A stretch of DNA of 41,459 nucleotides from Gammaproteobacteria bacterium. GTDB lineage: Bacteria > Pseudomonadota > Gammaproteobacteria > Steroidobacterales > JABDKV01. How positions within the stretch are numbered: the stretch's first letter is position 1; each line of letters opens with the position of its first letter. Below, in pieces: positions 33,815-41,459 of this stretch. The stretch lies in NCBI GenBank assembly GCA_013002045.1, contig JABDKV010000058.1, positions 1 through 41,459 on the forward strand. Direction: 5' to 3'. Position numbers and translations under genes: made by a program. A model generated the notes under the pieces. It saw nothing but the letters and a program-made list of their open reading frames with translations, did no database searches and was not told the origin of the DNA.

Positions 33815-34854
33815 GTCTCGAACACGACAGGCTGATCTCGGCCAGCGCCAGTGACGACGACGATGCCGTCGACCGGGCGATACGACCACGCACACTCGAT
33901 GATTTTGTCGGGCAGTCTGCGGTCAAGAAACAAATGCGCATATTCGTCAAGGCGGCGGCGCAACGTGGCGATGCACTCGATCATGTGCTGATTTTCGGCC
34001 CACCGGGGCTGGGCAAGACGACATTGGCGCATATCGTGTCCAACGAACTCGGATCGAATCTGCGCCAGACTTCAGGGCCGGTGCTGGAGAAGGCGGGGGA
34101 CCTGGCGGCGCTGCTGACCAATCTCGAGCCGCGTGATGTGCTGTTTGTAGACGAGATTCACCGCTTGAGCCCGGTCGTCGAAGAAGTGCTGTATCCGGCG
34201 ATGGAGGACTACCAACTCGATATCATGATTGGTGAGGGCCCCGGGGCGCGCTCGATCAAGCTCGACCTGCCGCCCTTCACACTGGTCGGCGCCACCACCA
34301 GGGCAGGCCTGCTGACTTCGCCGTTGCGTGATCGGTTCGGCATCGTGCAACGACTGGAGTTTTACAGCGCCCCTGAGCTGGCCAGTATCGTGACTCGCTC
34401 AGCGCGGATTCTGAATCTCGATATCGATGAGCAGGGCGCCGTCGAGATCGCGCGCCGGTCGCGCGGGACACCCCGTATCGCCAACCGCCTGCTACGCCGG
34501 GTGCGCGACTTCGCCGAAGTCGAGGCCGATGGGCGGGTAACGGCTTCGGTGGCGCAGGGCGCGCTCGACATGCTCGATGTCGACAAGGTCGGCTTTGACC
34601 CGATGGATCGCAGGCTGTTGCTAACGATAATCGAGAAATTCGATGGCGGGCCGGTCGGAGTGGACAGTCTAGCGGCCGCAATAGGCGAGGAACGTGGCAC
34701 GCTCGAAGATGTGGTTGAGCCATACCTGATCCAGCAGGGTTTTATCATGCGTACCGCTCGCGGTCGCATGGCTACGGCCACCGCCTATCGTCATTTTGGT
34801 CTGCAGGCACCGGCACAAACCGTGGCCAGTATGCCGCTGTTCGACGAAGACTGA
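33811..34854 (+). CDS. ruvB: Holliday junction branch migration DNA helicase RuvB
   Basis: [12 protein letters not shown], Walker [38 protein letters not shown]. Confidence 0.95.
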   Translation: MSLEHDRLISASASDDDDAVDRAIRPRTLDDFVGQSAVKKQMRIFVKAAAQRGDALDHVLIFGPPGLGKTTLAHIVSNELGSNLRQTSGPVLEKAGDLAALLTNLEPRDVLFVDEIHRLSPVVEEVLYPAMEDYQLDIMIGEGPGARSIKLDLPPFTLVGATTRAGLLTSPLRDRFGIVQRLEFYSAPELASIVTRSARILNLDIDEQGAVEIARRSRGTPRIANRLLRRVRDFAEVEADGRVTASVAQGALDMLDVDKVGFDPMDRRLLLTIIEKFDGGPVGVDSLAAAIGEERGTLEDVVEPYLIQQGFIMRTARGRMATATAYRHFGLQAPAQTVASMPLFDED

Positions 34855-34858
34855 GCCG

Positions 34859-35257
34859 ATGGACATATTTCGCTGGCCTGTCCGCGTTTACTACGAGGAT
34901 ACCGATGCCGGTGGCGTGGTGTTCTACGCCAACTACCTGCGCTTCCTCGAACGCGCCCGTACCGAGTGGTTGCGATCCATTGGCATCGAACAGGATCAGC
35001 TGCGTACTGAACTGGGCATCATCTTCGTTGTCGTATCGTGCAATATCCGCTATCGCAAGCCAGCGCGCTTCAACGAGCAACTGGATGTAACCGTTCAGAT
35101 TGGCGAGCGCAGGCGCAGCAGCCTGACTTTTGAACAGCAGGTGTTGCGCAACGGCGAACTACTGTGTGACGCGGAAGTACGTGCGGCCGCAGTCGATCAC
35201 CAGACCTTTAAACCCCGACCGCTACCCGCGGTAATCTCCAGGAACCCCGACGCATGA
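34859..35257 (+). CDS. ybgC: Tol-Pal-associated acyl-CoA thioesterase
   Basis: VRVYYEDTDAGGVVFYANYLRFLERART hotdog motif. Sits directly before tolQ. Confidence 0.88.
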   Translation: MDIFRWPVRVYYEDTDAGGVVFYANYLRFLERARTEWLRSIGIEQDQLRTELGIIFVVVSCNIRYRKPARFNEQLDVTVQIGERRRSSLTFEQQVLRNGELLCDAEVRAAAVDHQTFKPRPLPAVISRNPDA

Positions 35258-35928
35258 ATACCGATCTGTCGTTTGTCCAGCTGATACTCGATGCCAGTGT
35301 CGTCGTGCAACTCGTCATGGTGTCGCTGTTGATTGCATCGGTCGCATCGTGGGCCATCATTTTCCAGAAACGCCGCACGCTGCGAATCGCGCGTGCCACC
35401 TCGGACCAGTTCGAGTCGCAATTCTGGTCCGGGGGTGACCTGGCAGCGATTTATCGAACCATTGCCACGCGTGATCGCGACCCGCAGGCGATGGAGAGTA
35501 TTTTCGCGACCGGATTTCGCGAGTTTCAGCGACTCAATGAGCAGCCGACCGTTTCGCCAGGCGAAAAACTCGAGGGTGCGCGTCGCGCCATGCGGGTCTC
35601 ACAAATGAAACAGATAGATAATCTCGAGCGCAGCCTGGCAACACTGGCCACGGTAGGCTCGACCAGCCCCTATGTCGGTCTGTTCGGCACAGTCTGGGGC
35701 ATCATGAACGCGTTTAGATCGCTGGGTAACGTGCAGCACGCGACCTTGTCGATGGTCGCGCCCGGGATTGCCGAAGCGCTTATTGCGACGGCCATGGGCT
35801 TATTCGCCGCCATACCCGCCGTTATTTTTTATAATCGCTATGCCGACCAGGTCGATCGCCTCGAGAGCCGGTTTGATACGTTCACCGAAGAATTCTCGGC
35901 CATCCTGTCGCGGCACGCGCGGAGCTGA
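35254..35928 (+). CDS. tolQ: Tol-Pal system protein TolQ
   Basis: MotA/TolQ/ExbB pattern: LATVGSTSPYVGLFGTVWGIM, IAEALIATAMGL.AAIPAV..YN. Confidence 0.93.
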   Translation: MNTDLSFVQLILDASVVVQLVMVSLLIASVASWAIIFQKRRTLRIARATSDQFESQFWSGGDLAAIYRTIATRDRDPQAMESIFATGFREFQRLNEQPTVSPGEKLEGARRAMRVSQMKQIDNLERSLATLATVGSTSPYVGLFGTVWGIMNAFRSLGNVQHATLSMVAPGIAEALIATAMGLFAAIPAVIFYNRYADQVDRLESRFDTFTEEFSAILSRHARS

Positions 35929-35930
35929 AG

Positions 35931-36365
35931 ATGGCCCGCAGCGGACGCAGACTGATGGGTGAGATCAACGTCGTACCGTATATAGACGTCATGCTGGTGC
36001 TACTGATCATATTCATGATTACTGCGCCATTGCTGACCCAGGGTATCGAGGTCGATTTGCCCGACGCCGCGGCGGAACCGCTCGATGCGGAGCTGTTACG
36101 CGAGACCGAGCCGCTGATCCTGACAGTGACCGTCAACGGTGACATGTACCTCAATATCGGCGATGACGAGGATAAGCCAGTCGATGATCAGCAAATCGTT
36201 GCCCGGGCACGTGCAGTGATGCGGCGTAACCCGGCAACACCGATGCTGGTGCGGGCGGACAATGCTGTGCCTTACGGCAAGGTGGTCGCGGGCATGGTCC
36301 TGTTGCAGGCGGCTGGTGCGCGCAAGGTCGGTTTCGTTACGGAACCGCCGGAGCCGGTGGAGTGA
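35931..36365 (+). CDS. tolR: Tol-Pal system protein TolR
   Basis: INVVPYIDVMLVLLIIFM, ExbD/TolR family, position in the operon. Confidence 0.92.
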   Translation: MARSGRRLMGEINVVPYIDVMLVLLIIFMITAPLLTQGIEVDLPDAAAEPLDAELLRETEPLILTVTVNGDMYLNIGDDEDKPVDDQQIVARARAVMRRNPATPMLVRADNAVPYGKVVAGMVLLQAAGARKVGFVTEPPEPVE

Positions 36366-36372
36366 CGGGCGG

Positions 36373-37308
36373 ATGCGTGGATCGTGGTCAGCCTACTCGT
36401 GGTCGATCCTGCTGCATGCGGGCTTGCTGGCATTGCTGACGATCAGTTTCAGTTGGCAGCAATCGCGCCAGGCGATTGCCGTGCCGCCCCTGGCTATTCA
36501 GGCGACCGTCATTGATGAGGCTACGCTGCTGGCGGCACTGTCACCGGTGACGCCGGACAATGCTGCCCGCGAGCGCCAGGCACGTCTCCAACGGGAACGG
36601 GAGCGCCAGGCAGAGCGTGAGCGGGCCGAAGCGCAACGCCAGGCCGAAGCGACACGTCAGCAACGCCTCGAAGCCGAACGTGCCGCGCAGACCCGACTGG
36701 ACGAGGAGCGCGCGCAACAGGCACGACTGGAGCAGCAGCGGGCGGAGCAGGCAGCGGCAGATGCGGCAGAACAACAACGGCAGGCGCAGGCACGCGAAAA
36801 ACAAGCCGAGCAGGAACGCCAGGCTCGTGAAGAGCAGCAGCGACGGGAACGCGAGGCCGAGGCCGAACGACAAAAACAGGCCGAAGCCGAACGCAAACGC
36901 CAGGTTGAAGTCGAGCGGCAGCGACTGGCTGCCGTCCAGCGCCAGCGCGAGGCTGCAAAGAAAGCTGAACTTGAGGAACAATTACGTCGCGCGCTTGCCG
37001 AAGAAACAGCACGACTCGAAGCCGAAGAGGCCGGCCTGCTGGATGAGTACATAGCCCTGATCAAGCAACGCATCGTGCGCAACTGGATCCAGCCCCCCGG
37101 CGTGGGTGCCGGATTGCGTTGTGAGCTGATCGTCACCCAGATCCCCGGAGGCGAGGTAACCGGCGTCGATATCATTAGCTGCAACGGCGATGCTGCGGTA
37201 CGTCGTTCAATCGAAGCTGCGGTTTACAAGGCGTCACCGTTGCCACCCCCCGCTGACCCCCGTTTGTTCGAAAGAAAAGTGAGAGTGTTTTTTGAGCCAG
37301 ACAGCTAG
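36373..37308 (+). CDS. tolA: Tol-Pal system protein TolA
   Basis: N-terminal TM SILLHAGLLALL, a long E/A/R/Q-rich helical domain, and a C-terminal TolA/TonB-like domain (IKQRIVRNW...CELIVTQIPGGEV). Start at ATG 36373. Confidence 0.88.
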   Translation: MRGSWSAYSWSILLHAGLLALLTISFSWQQSRQAIAVPPLAIQATVIDEATLLAALSPVTPDNAARERQARLQRERERQAERERAEAQRQAEATRQQRLEAERAAQTRLDEERAQQARLEQQRAEQAAADAAEQQRQAQAREKQAEQERQAREEQQRREREAEAERQKQAEAERKRQVEVERQRLAAVQRQREAAKKAELEEQLRRALAEETARLEAEEAGLLDEYIALIKQRIVRNWIQPPGVGAGLRCELIVTQIPGGEVTGVDIISCNGDAAVRRSIEAAVYKASPLPPPADPRLFERKVRVFFEPDS

Positions 37309-38587
37309 AATTTTTGTATTCGCACTGTTGCTGTGTAGTGCCTGGTCGGCGCCCGTACGCGCCGAGTTGACCGTGGTTATACGCGAGGGTGTGACCAATG
37401 CTATCCCCGTTGCGGTCGTCCCGTTCGGCTGGACGGGCGCCGACGCGACGCCGTTCGATTTTGCCGAAGTCGTTGCTAATGATCTTGCGCGTAGCGGGCG
37501 CTTTGCGCCGATGGATCGGGCTGACATGGTGTCGAGACCAACATCGGCCGCTGCCGTGGACTTCTCCGACTGGCGTCTGCTTGGGGCCGAAATCGTTGTC
37601 ATTGGGACGCTCAAGCCGGTGGCGGCGGGTGGCTATGCCGTCGATTTCCAGCTATTCGATGCCGTCCGTGGTTCACAGATGCTGGCTTATACACTGCCGA
37701 CAGATCGCCAGGGTTTTCGTGCCACCGCCCACCGTATCAGTGATCTCGTCTATGAAGCGTTGACCGGAGAACGGGGTGCATTCTCGACCCGCATTGCCTA
37801 TGTCAGTGTCGACGACGGTCGCTACGAGTTAATCGTTGCCGATGCCGACGGTGCCAACCAACAGGTCGTGGTGCGCTCCACCGAACCGTTGATGTCGCCC
37901 TCGTGGTCGCCCGATAGCACTCAGCTTGCGTACGTCGCCTTCAGTGAGTACGGATCATCGGTTTACGTACAGGAGCTGGCCAGTGGCAACCGGCGCGAGA
38001 TTTCTGCGCGACCCGGTGTCAACGGCGCGCCAGCGTGGTCACCCGACGGGCGTCGATTGGCGCTGGCGTTGTCGGACAACTGGGGGAATGTCGATGTGCA
38101 CATCACTACGCTCGACAGCGGTGAGACGCAGCGGCTGACCAATCACCCCGCTATCGATACTGAACCTGCCTGGTCCGAGAGTGGCGACGAGGTCTACTTT
38201 ACCTCTGACCGCGCCGGTGGGCCGCAGGTTTACCGGGTCGCTGCCAGTGGCGGCACGCCGCAACGGGTGACCTTCGAAGGTAACTACAATGCGCGGCCAA
38301 GACTGGCGCCAAACCAGTCCAAGCTTGCCGTCGTGCACAACGATCGGGGCCGTTATCGTATTGCCCTGGTCGATCTGCGTAGTGGAGCGACCCAGGTGCT
38401 GACGGAGGGGCGCCTGGACGAAAGCCCAAGTTTTGCACCAAATGGCAGCATGATCATTTATGCTACCGAGGATCAGGGCGCCGGTGTGCTGGCCGCGGTC
38501 TCGACCGACGGGCGGATCCACCAGCGGCTGGTATCGCAGGCAGGTGATGTGCGCGAGCCGGTCTGGTCGCCATTTCTGACCCCCTGA
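37292..38587 (+). CDS. tolB: Tol-Pal system beta-propeller protein TolB
   Basis: Signal peptide ...SAWSAPVRA. I.V.PF N-terminal domain. Repeated SPSWSPD / APAWSPDG / EPAWS propeller motifs. TTG start overlapping the tolA end. Confidence 0.92.
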   Translation: MSQTARIFVFALLLCSAWSAPVRAELTVVIREGVTNAIPVAVVPFGWTGADATPFDFAEVVANDLARSGRFAPMDRADMVSRPTSAAAVDFSDWRLLGAEIVVIGTLKPVAAGGYAVDFQLFDAVRGSQMLAYTLPTDRQGFRATAHRISDLVYEALTGERGAFSTRIAYVSVDDGRYELIVADADGANQQVVVRSTEPLMSPSWSPDSTQLAYVAFSEYGSSVYVQELASGNRREISARPGVNGAPAWSPDGRRLALALSDNWGNVDVHITTLDSGETQRLTNHPAIDTEPAWSESGDEVYFTSDRAGGPQVYRVAASGGTPQRVTFEGNYNARPRLAPNQSKLAVVHNDRGRYRIALVDLRSGATQVLTEGRLDESPSFAPNGSMIIYATEDQGAGVLAAVSTDGRIHQRLVSQAGDVREPVWSPFLTP

Positions 38588-38615
38588 CAGGATTTTTATT
38601 GAAGTGAGGACGAAC

Positions 38616-39146
38616 ATGAAACAACTTTCGACGGCAGCCCTGTTGGTGTGCATGCTGGCAATTGCTGCTTGTGGCGGTCGTAAAGCGACCACCGATGACG
38701 ATAGTGGCACCGTAGTCGAACCGCCGACAACGAGTGAGACAACCCCGATACGGCCGACCCCGTCGCAGCCCGAGCTGACTGCCGAGCAACGGCGGCAAAT
38801 GGAACTGCAAAAACTGCTGGCGACCCGTACCCTTTATTTCGATTACGACGAGTTCGAGATCAAACCCGATTACATGGATGTCCTCGCCGCACATGCCAGT
38901 AACCTGGCCGATGACCGCAGCCAGCGCATCGTGATTGAAGGTCATTGTGACGAACGCGGATCACGTGAATACAACATTGGTCTGGGTGAACGCCGCGCAC
39001 AGGCCGTGCGTCGTGTGTTGATGCTGCAGGGTGTTAGTGCCAGCCAGATCCAGACTATTAGCTATGGCGAGGAACGGCCCGCGGCTCCGGGGCACAACGA
39101 GCAGGCCTGGGCTCGCAACCGTCGCGCAGAGATCGTTTACCGGTGA
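38616..39146 (+). CDS. pal: Peptidoglycan-associated lipoprotein Pal
   Basis: Lipobox LAIAAC. OmpA-like domain: YFDYDEFEIKP, IEGHCDERGSREYNIGLGERRA, NRRAEIVY. Confidence 0.93.
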   Translation: MKQLSTAALLVCMLAIAACGGRKATTDDDSGTVVEPPTTSETTPIRPTPSQPELTAEQRRQMELQKLLATRTLYFDYDEFEIKPDYMDVLAAHASNLADDRSQRIVIEGHCDERGSREYNIGLGERRAQAVRRVLMLQGVSASQIQTISYGEERPAAPGHNEQAWARNRRAEIVYR

Positions 39147-39154
39147 CCAATACC

Positions 39155-39913
39155 ATGAGGAAGGCATTATTGATGATCGCGATGGTGAGTGCCCTGGCGG
39201 CCTGTTCGACCGTGCCGCCTGAGGAAGATCCCGTCATCATCAAACTCAATCAACTCGAGAGTCGGCTCATGCGCGTCGAGCGCATACTCGACAATCAGAG
39301 TCTGGTTTCGCTGGCCAACGAGTTGCAGCAATTGCGTGGTGAGATGGCCGAGTTGCGAAACCAGGTCGAGACCGTGCAGTTCGAAAGCGAGAACGCCCGC
39401 AAGCGTCAGCGCGACCTGTATGTCGATATCGACACCCGGCTGAACAATCTCGAAGGTGGCGCGGTCGCGGTCACATTACCGGGCGAAGAAGTGCTGCCCG
39501 GGGAAGAGGGCGATGACGGCACCACCGTCACTGATCGCGATGCCTACAAGGCCGCTTTTGGCTTGCTCGAGCAAGGGCGTTACGACGAGGCCAGCGATGC
39601 GTTCGCGGCTTTCGTGACGACCTATCCAGAAAGTACCTTGCTGGACAATGCCCAGTACTGGCTGGCGGAAGCGCTTTATGTAGAGCGCGAATTCCAGCGC
39701 GCGCTGACGGAGTTCCAGCGCGTCGTCGAGTTGTACCCCGAATCACGCAAGATCCCCGATGCCTGGCTCAAGATTGGCTATACCCATTACGAGCTGAAGG
39801 ACTACACCAGGGCCCGCGACGCACTGGAACGGGTGATCGGCGAACACGGTGGATCGACTGCCGCACGACTGGCGGGGCAGCGACTGGAGCGCATGAGTCG
39901 CGAAGGCAACTGA
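39155..39913 (+). CDS. cpoB: Cell division coordinator CpoB (YbgF)
   Basis: N-terminal coiled coil (LESRLMRVERIL...LRGEMAELRNQVE), C-terminal TPR (DRDAYKAAFGLLEQGRYDEA...YWLAEALY). Follows pal. The start could also be GTG 39143. Confidence 0.88.
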   Translation: MRKALLMIAMVSALAACSTVPPEEDPVIIKLNQLESRLMRVERILDNQSLVSLANELQQLRGEMAELRNQVETVQFESENARKRQRDLYVDIDTRLNNLEGGAVAVTLPGEEVLPGEEGDDGTTVTDRDAYKAAFGLLEQGRYDEASDAFAAFVTTYPESTLLDNAQYWLAEALYVEREFQRALTEFQRVVELYPESRKIPDAWLKIGYTHYELKDYTRARDALERVIGEHGGSTAARLAGQRLERMSREGN

Positions 39914-39926
39914 ACGACTGACGCTC

Positions 39927-40595
39927 ATGAGTGCGGTACGCAAAGAGCAGCTGCCAGCCAGTGAGCGGCTGAAAATCACCGAGATTTTTCATTCGCTACA
40001 GGGTGAGTCGAGCCGGGTAGGCCTGCCAACCGTTTTTGTGCGTTTGACCGGCTGTCCGTTGCGTTGCCAGTACTGCGATACCGCCTATGCGTTCTTTGGT
40101 GGTGAGTGGATGCATTTCGACGAGATTGCCGATCGGGTTGCGATCCACGGTACCCGTTATGTCTGTATTACCGGTGGTGAGCCGCTGGCGCAGAAAAACT
40201 GTATCGGTCTGGCGCAGCGTCTTTGCGACGCAGGTTATCAGGTCTCTATAGAGACCAGCGGTGCCTACGATATCGGTGCTCTTGACGCACGGGTTATGCG
40301 CATCATGGACATCAAGACGCCAGGATCGGGGGAGGTGGAGCGCAACCTGCTCGATAACCTCGAATTGCTGCGTGCTCGCGATGAGGTCAAGTTCGTTATC
40401 TGTCATCGTGATGACTATGAGTGGGCACGCGATTTCGTCAACACACATACCCTGCCTTGCGCTGTGCTGTTTTCACCCAGTCATGGCCAGCTCAATGCTG
40501 CCGAGTTGGCAGGCTGGATACTCGAGGATCGGCTGCCGGTCCGGTACCAGGTCCAGTTGCACAAATACCTGTGGGGCAACGAGCCTGGTCACTAA
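39927..40595 (+). CDS. queE: 7-carboxy-7-deazaguanine synthase (radical SAM)
   Basis: [10 protein letters not shown]...[16 protein letters not shown] radical SAM cluster motif. About 220 aa. Adjacent to queC. Confidence 0.9.
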   Translation: MSAVRKEQLPASERLKITEIFHSLQGESSRVGLPTVFVRLTGCPLRCQYCDTAYAFFGGEWMHFDEIADRVAIHGTRYVCITGGEPLAQKNCIGLAQRLCDAGYQVSIETSGAYDIGALDARVMRIMDIKTPGSGEVERNLLDNLELLRARDEVKFVICHRDDYEWARDFVNTHTLPCAVLFSPSHGQLNAAELAGWILEDRLPVRYQVQLHKYLWGNEPGH

Positions 40596-41284
40596 TGAAT
40601 TCCACCAGTGGAAAAGCGGTAATCTTACTGTCGGGCGGGCTTGATTCAGCGACGACGCTGGCGCTGGCCCGTGATCGTGGACTTGACTGCCTGGCGTTGA
40701 GTGTTTCATACGGGCAACGGCATCACTGCGAGCTTGAGGCCGCTGCCGATGTTGCCCGGGCACTCGGTGCTCTCGAACACCGTATCGTCGCTGTAGACCT
40801 GGGGACTATAGGCGGCTCTGCGCTGACCGACGACAGCATTGCTGTGCCGGAAATCGAAAGCGACGGAATTCCGGTCACCTATGTGCCAGCTCGTAATACG
40901 ATAATGCTATCGCTGGCGCTGGGCTATGCCGAGGTCAGCGAAGCCGGACATATTTTTGTCGGTGTTAACGCGGTCGATTATTCCGGTTACCCCGATTGTC
41001 GTCCGGTGTTCATCGAGGCATTCGAAAGACTGGCAGCGGTTGCAACTCGCGCGGGCGTGGAGGGCCAGCCAGTCGAGATCCACGCGCCGCTGATCGAGAT
41101 GACCAAGGCTGAGATTATCCGCACCGGTATCGAACTGGGTGTGGATTATCGCCAGACTGTGTCCTGTTACCAGGCCGATGCCAGTGGTGCCGCCTGTGGG
41201 CGGTGTGACTCGTGTCGGCTGCGCCGGCAGGGATTCGCCGAGGCCGGCATTGACGATCCGACCCGCTACGTCACAGATACTTGA
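40595..41284 (+). CDS. queC: 7-cyano-7-deazaguanine synthase
   Basis: [16 protein letters not shown]-loop, YGQRH, zinc site C...CGRCDSC. The ATG overlaps the queE TAA (TAATG). Confidence 0.92.
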   Translation: MNSTSGKAVILLSGGLDSATTLALARDRGLDCLALSVSYGQRHHCELEAAADVARALGALEHRIVAVDLGTIGGSALTDDSIAVPEIESDGIPVTYVPARNTIMLSLALGYAEVSEAGHIFVGVNAVDYSGYPDCRPVFIEAFERLAAVATRAGVEGQPVEIHAPLIEMTKAEIIRTGIELGVDYRQTVSCYQADASGAACGRCDSCRLRRQGFAEAGIDDPTRYVTDT

Positions 41285-41328
41285 ACCGCTAGCGCGCTGC
41301 GGTATCATGCGCGTTCGCTGGCGTCAGT

Positions 41329-41404
41329 GGGCCGTTAGCTCAGTTGGTAGAGCACCGGACTTTTAATCCGATGGTCGTAGGTTCGAATCCTACACGGCCC
41401 ACCA
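41329..41404 (+). tRNA. tRNA-Lys (anticodon TTT)
   Basis: Acceptor GGGCCGT/ACGGCCC, anticodon loop CTTTTAA, T-loop GGTTCGAATCC, encoded CCA. Confidence 0.93.
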
Positions 41405-41425
41405 TTAAACCGTTGAAATTCCTGG

Positions 41426-41452
41426 TTATCGCGGCTGAAAGCCGCTCCTACG
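41426..41452. repeat. REP-like element (forward orientation, 5-nt loop variant)
   Basis: TTATCGCGGCTGAAAGCCGCTCCTACG is the same element as 181-203, with TGAAA instead of TGAA in the loop. Confidence 0.8.
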
Positions 41453-41459
41453 AGAGCAG

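Noticed and set aside
36521-37184. Four overlapping 146-175-aa ORFs in alternative frames or strands over the tolA repeat region. This raised the idea of a novel repeat protein.
   Set aside because: The GAG/GCG/CAG-rich DNA encoding the E/A/R/Q helical domain of TolA stays open in several frames. TolA itself explains the region.
40421-40594. 58-aa N-terminal extension of queC.
   Set aside because: It overlaps the 3' end of queE. The conserved QueC PP-loop N-terminus starts at ATG 40595, which overlaps the queE stop (TAATG).

Overview
This is a 41.5-kb high-GC chromosomal window that looks gammaproteobacterial, judged from the yebC-ruvCAB-ybgC-tolQRAB-pal-cpoB-queEC synteny and from REP-type palindromes. 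All calls rest on reading the ORF translations and the DNA by eye; no searches were run. The window falls into three blocks. (1) 1-8,950: a REP cluster and tRNA-Ser, then a co-oriented PEP-CTERM/exosortase-type exopolysaccharide export core. That core comprises a Wza-like exporter, a predicted outer-membrane barrel, a chain-length determinant, a BY-kinase, an ExeA-like ATPase and a large TPR lipoprotein. No exosortase, glycosyltransferase or PrsK/PrsR gene lies in the window. (2) 8,950-19,700: an accessory module, which is the most interesting part. It holds a small secreted protein whose body reads like a cohesin domain and which ends in a VPLPA/PEP-CTERM-type sorting tail. Next come a 1,478-aa S8 subtilase and a 944-aa Lys-C-like S1 protease of unrelated folds. 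Both proteases end in the same thrombospondin-type-3 plus duplicated dockerin-like module. The block closes with an ExeA-like AAA+ / FHA / TPR fusion protein and a small membrane protein. I read this block as a candidate exosortase-linked cohesin-dockerin protease display system; this is inference and needs HMM, structural and binding tests. (3) 19,700-41,459: ordinary housekeeping genes. These are a DUF427 gene, trmH, yjbQ, bcp, a GNAT gene, tRNA-Arg, an M48 protease, sucA-sucB-lpdA, relA, a YfaZ-like OMP, yebC, ruvCAB, the tol-pal cluster, queE-queC, tRNA-Lys and a final REP copy. Two sigma-54-like promoters sit upstream of the EPS core and of the cohesin-like gene. Most long antisense ORFs in the track are high-GC shadow frames.
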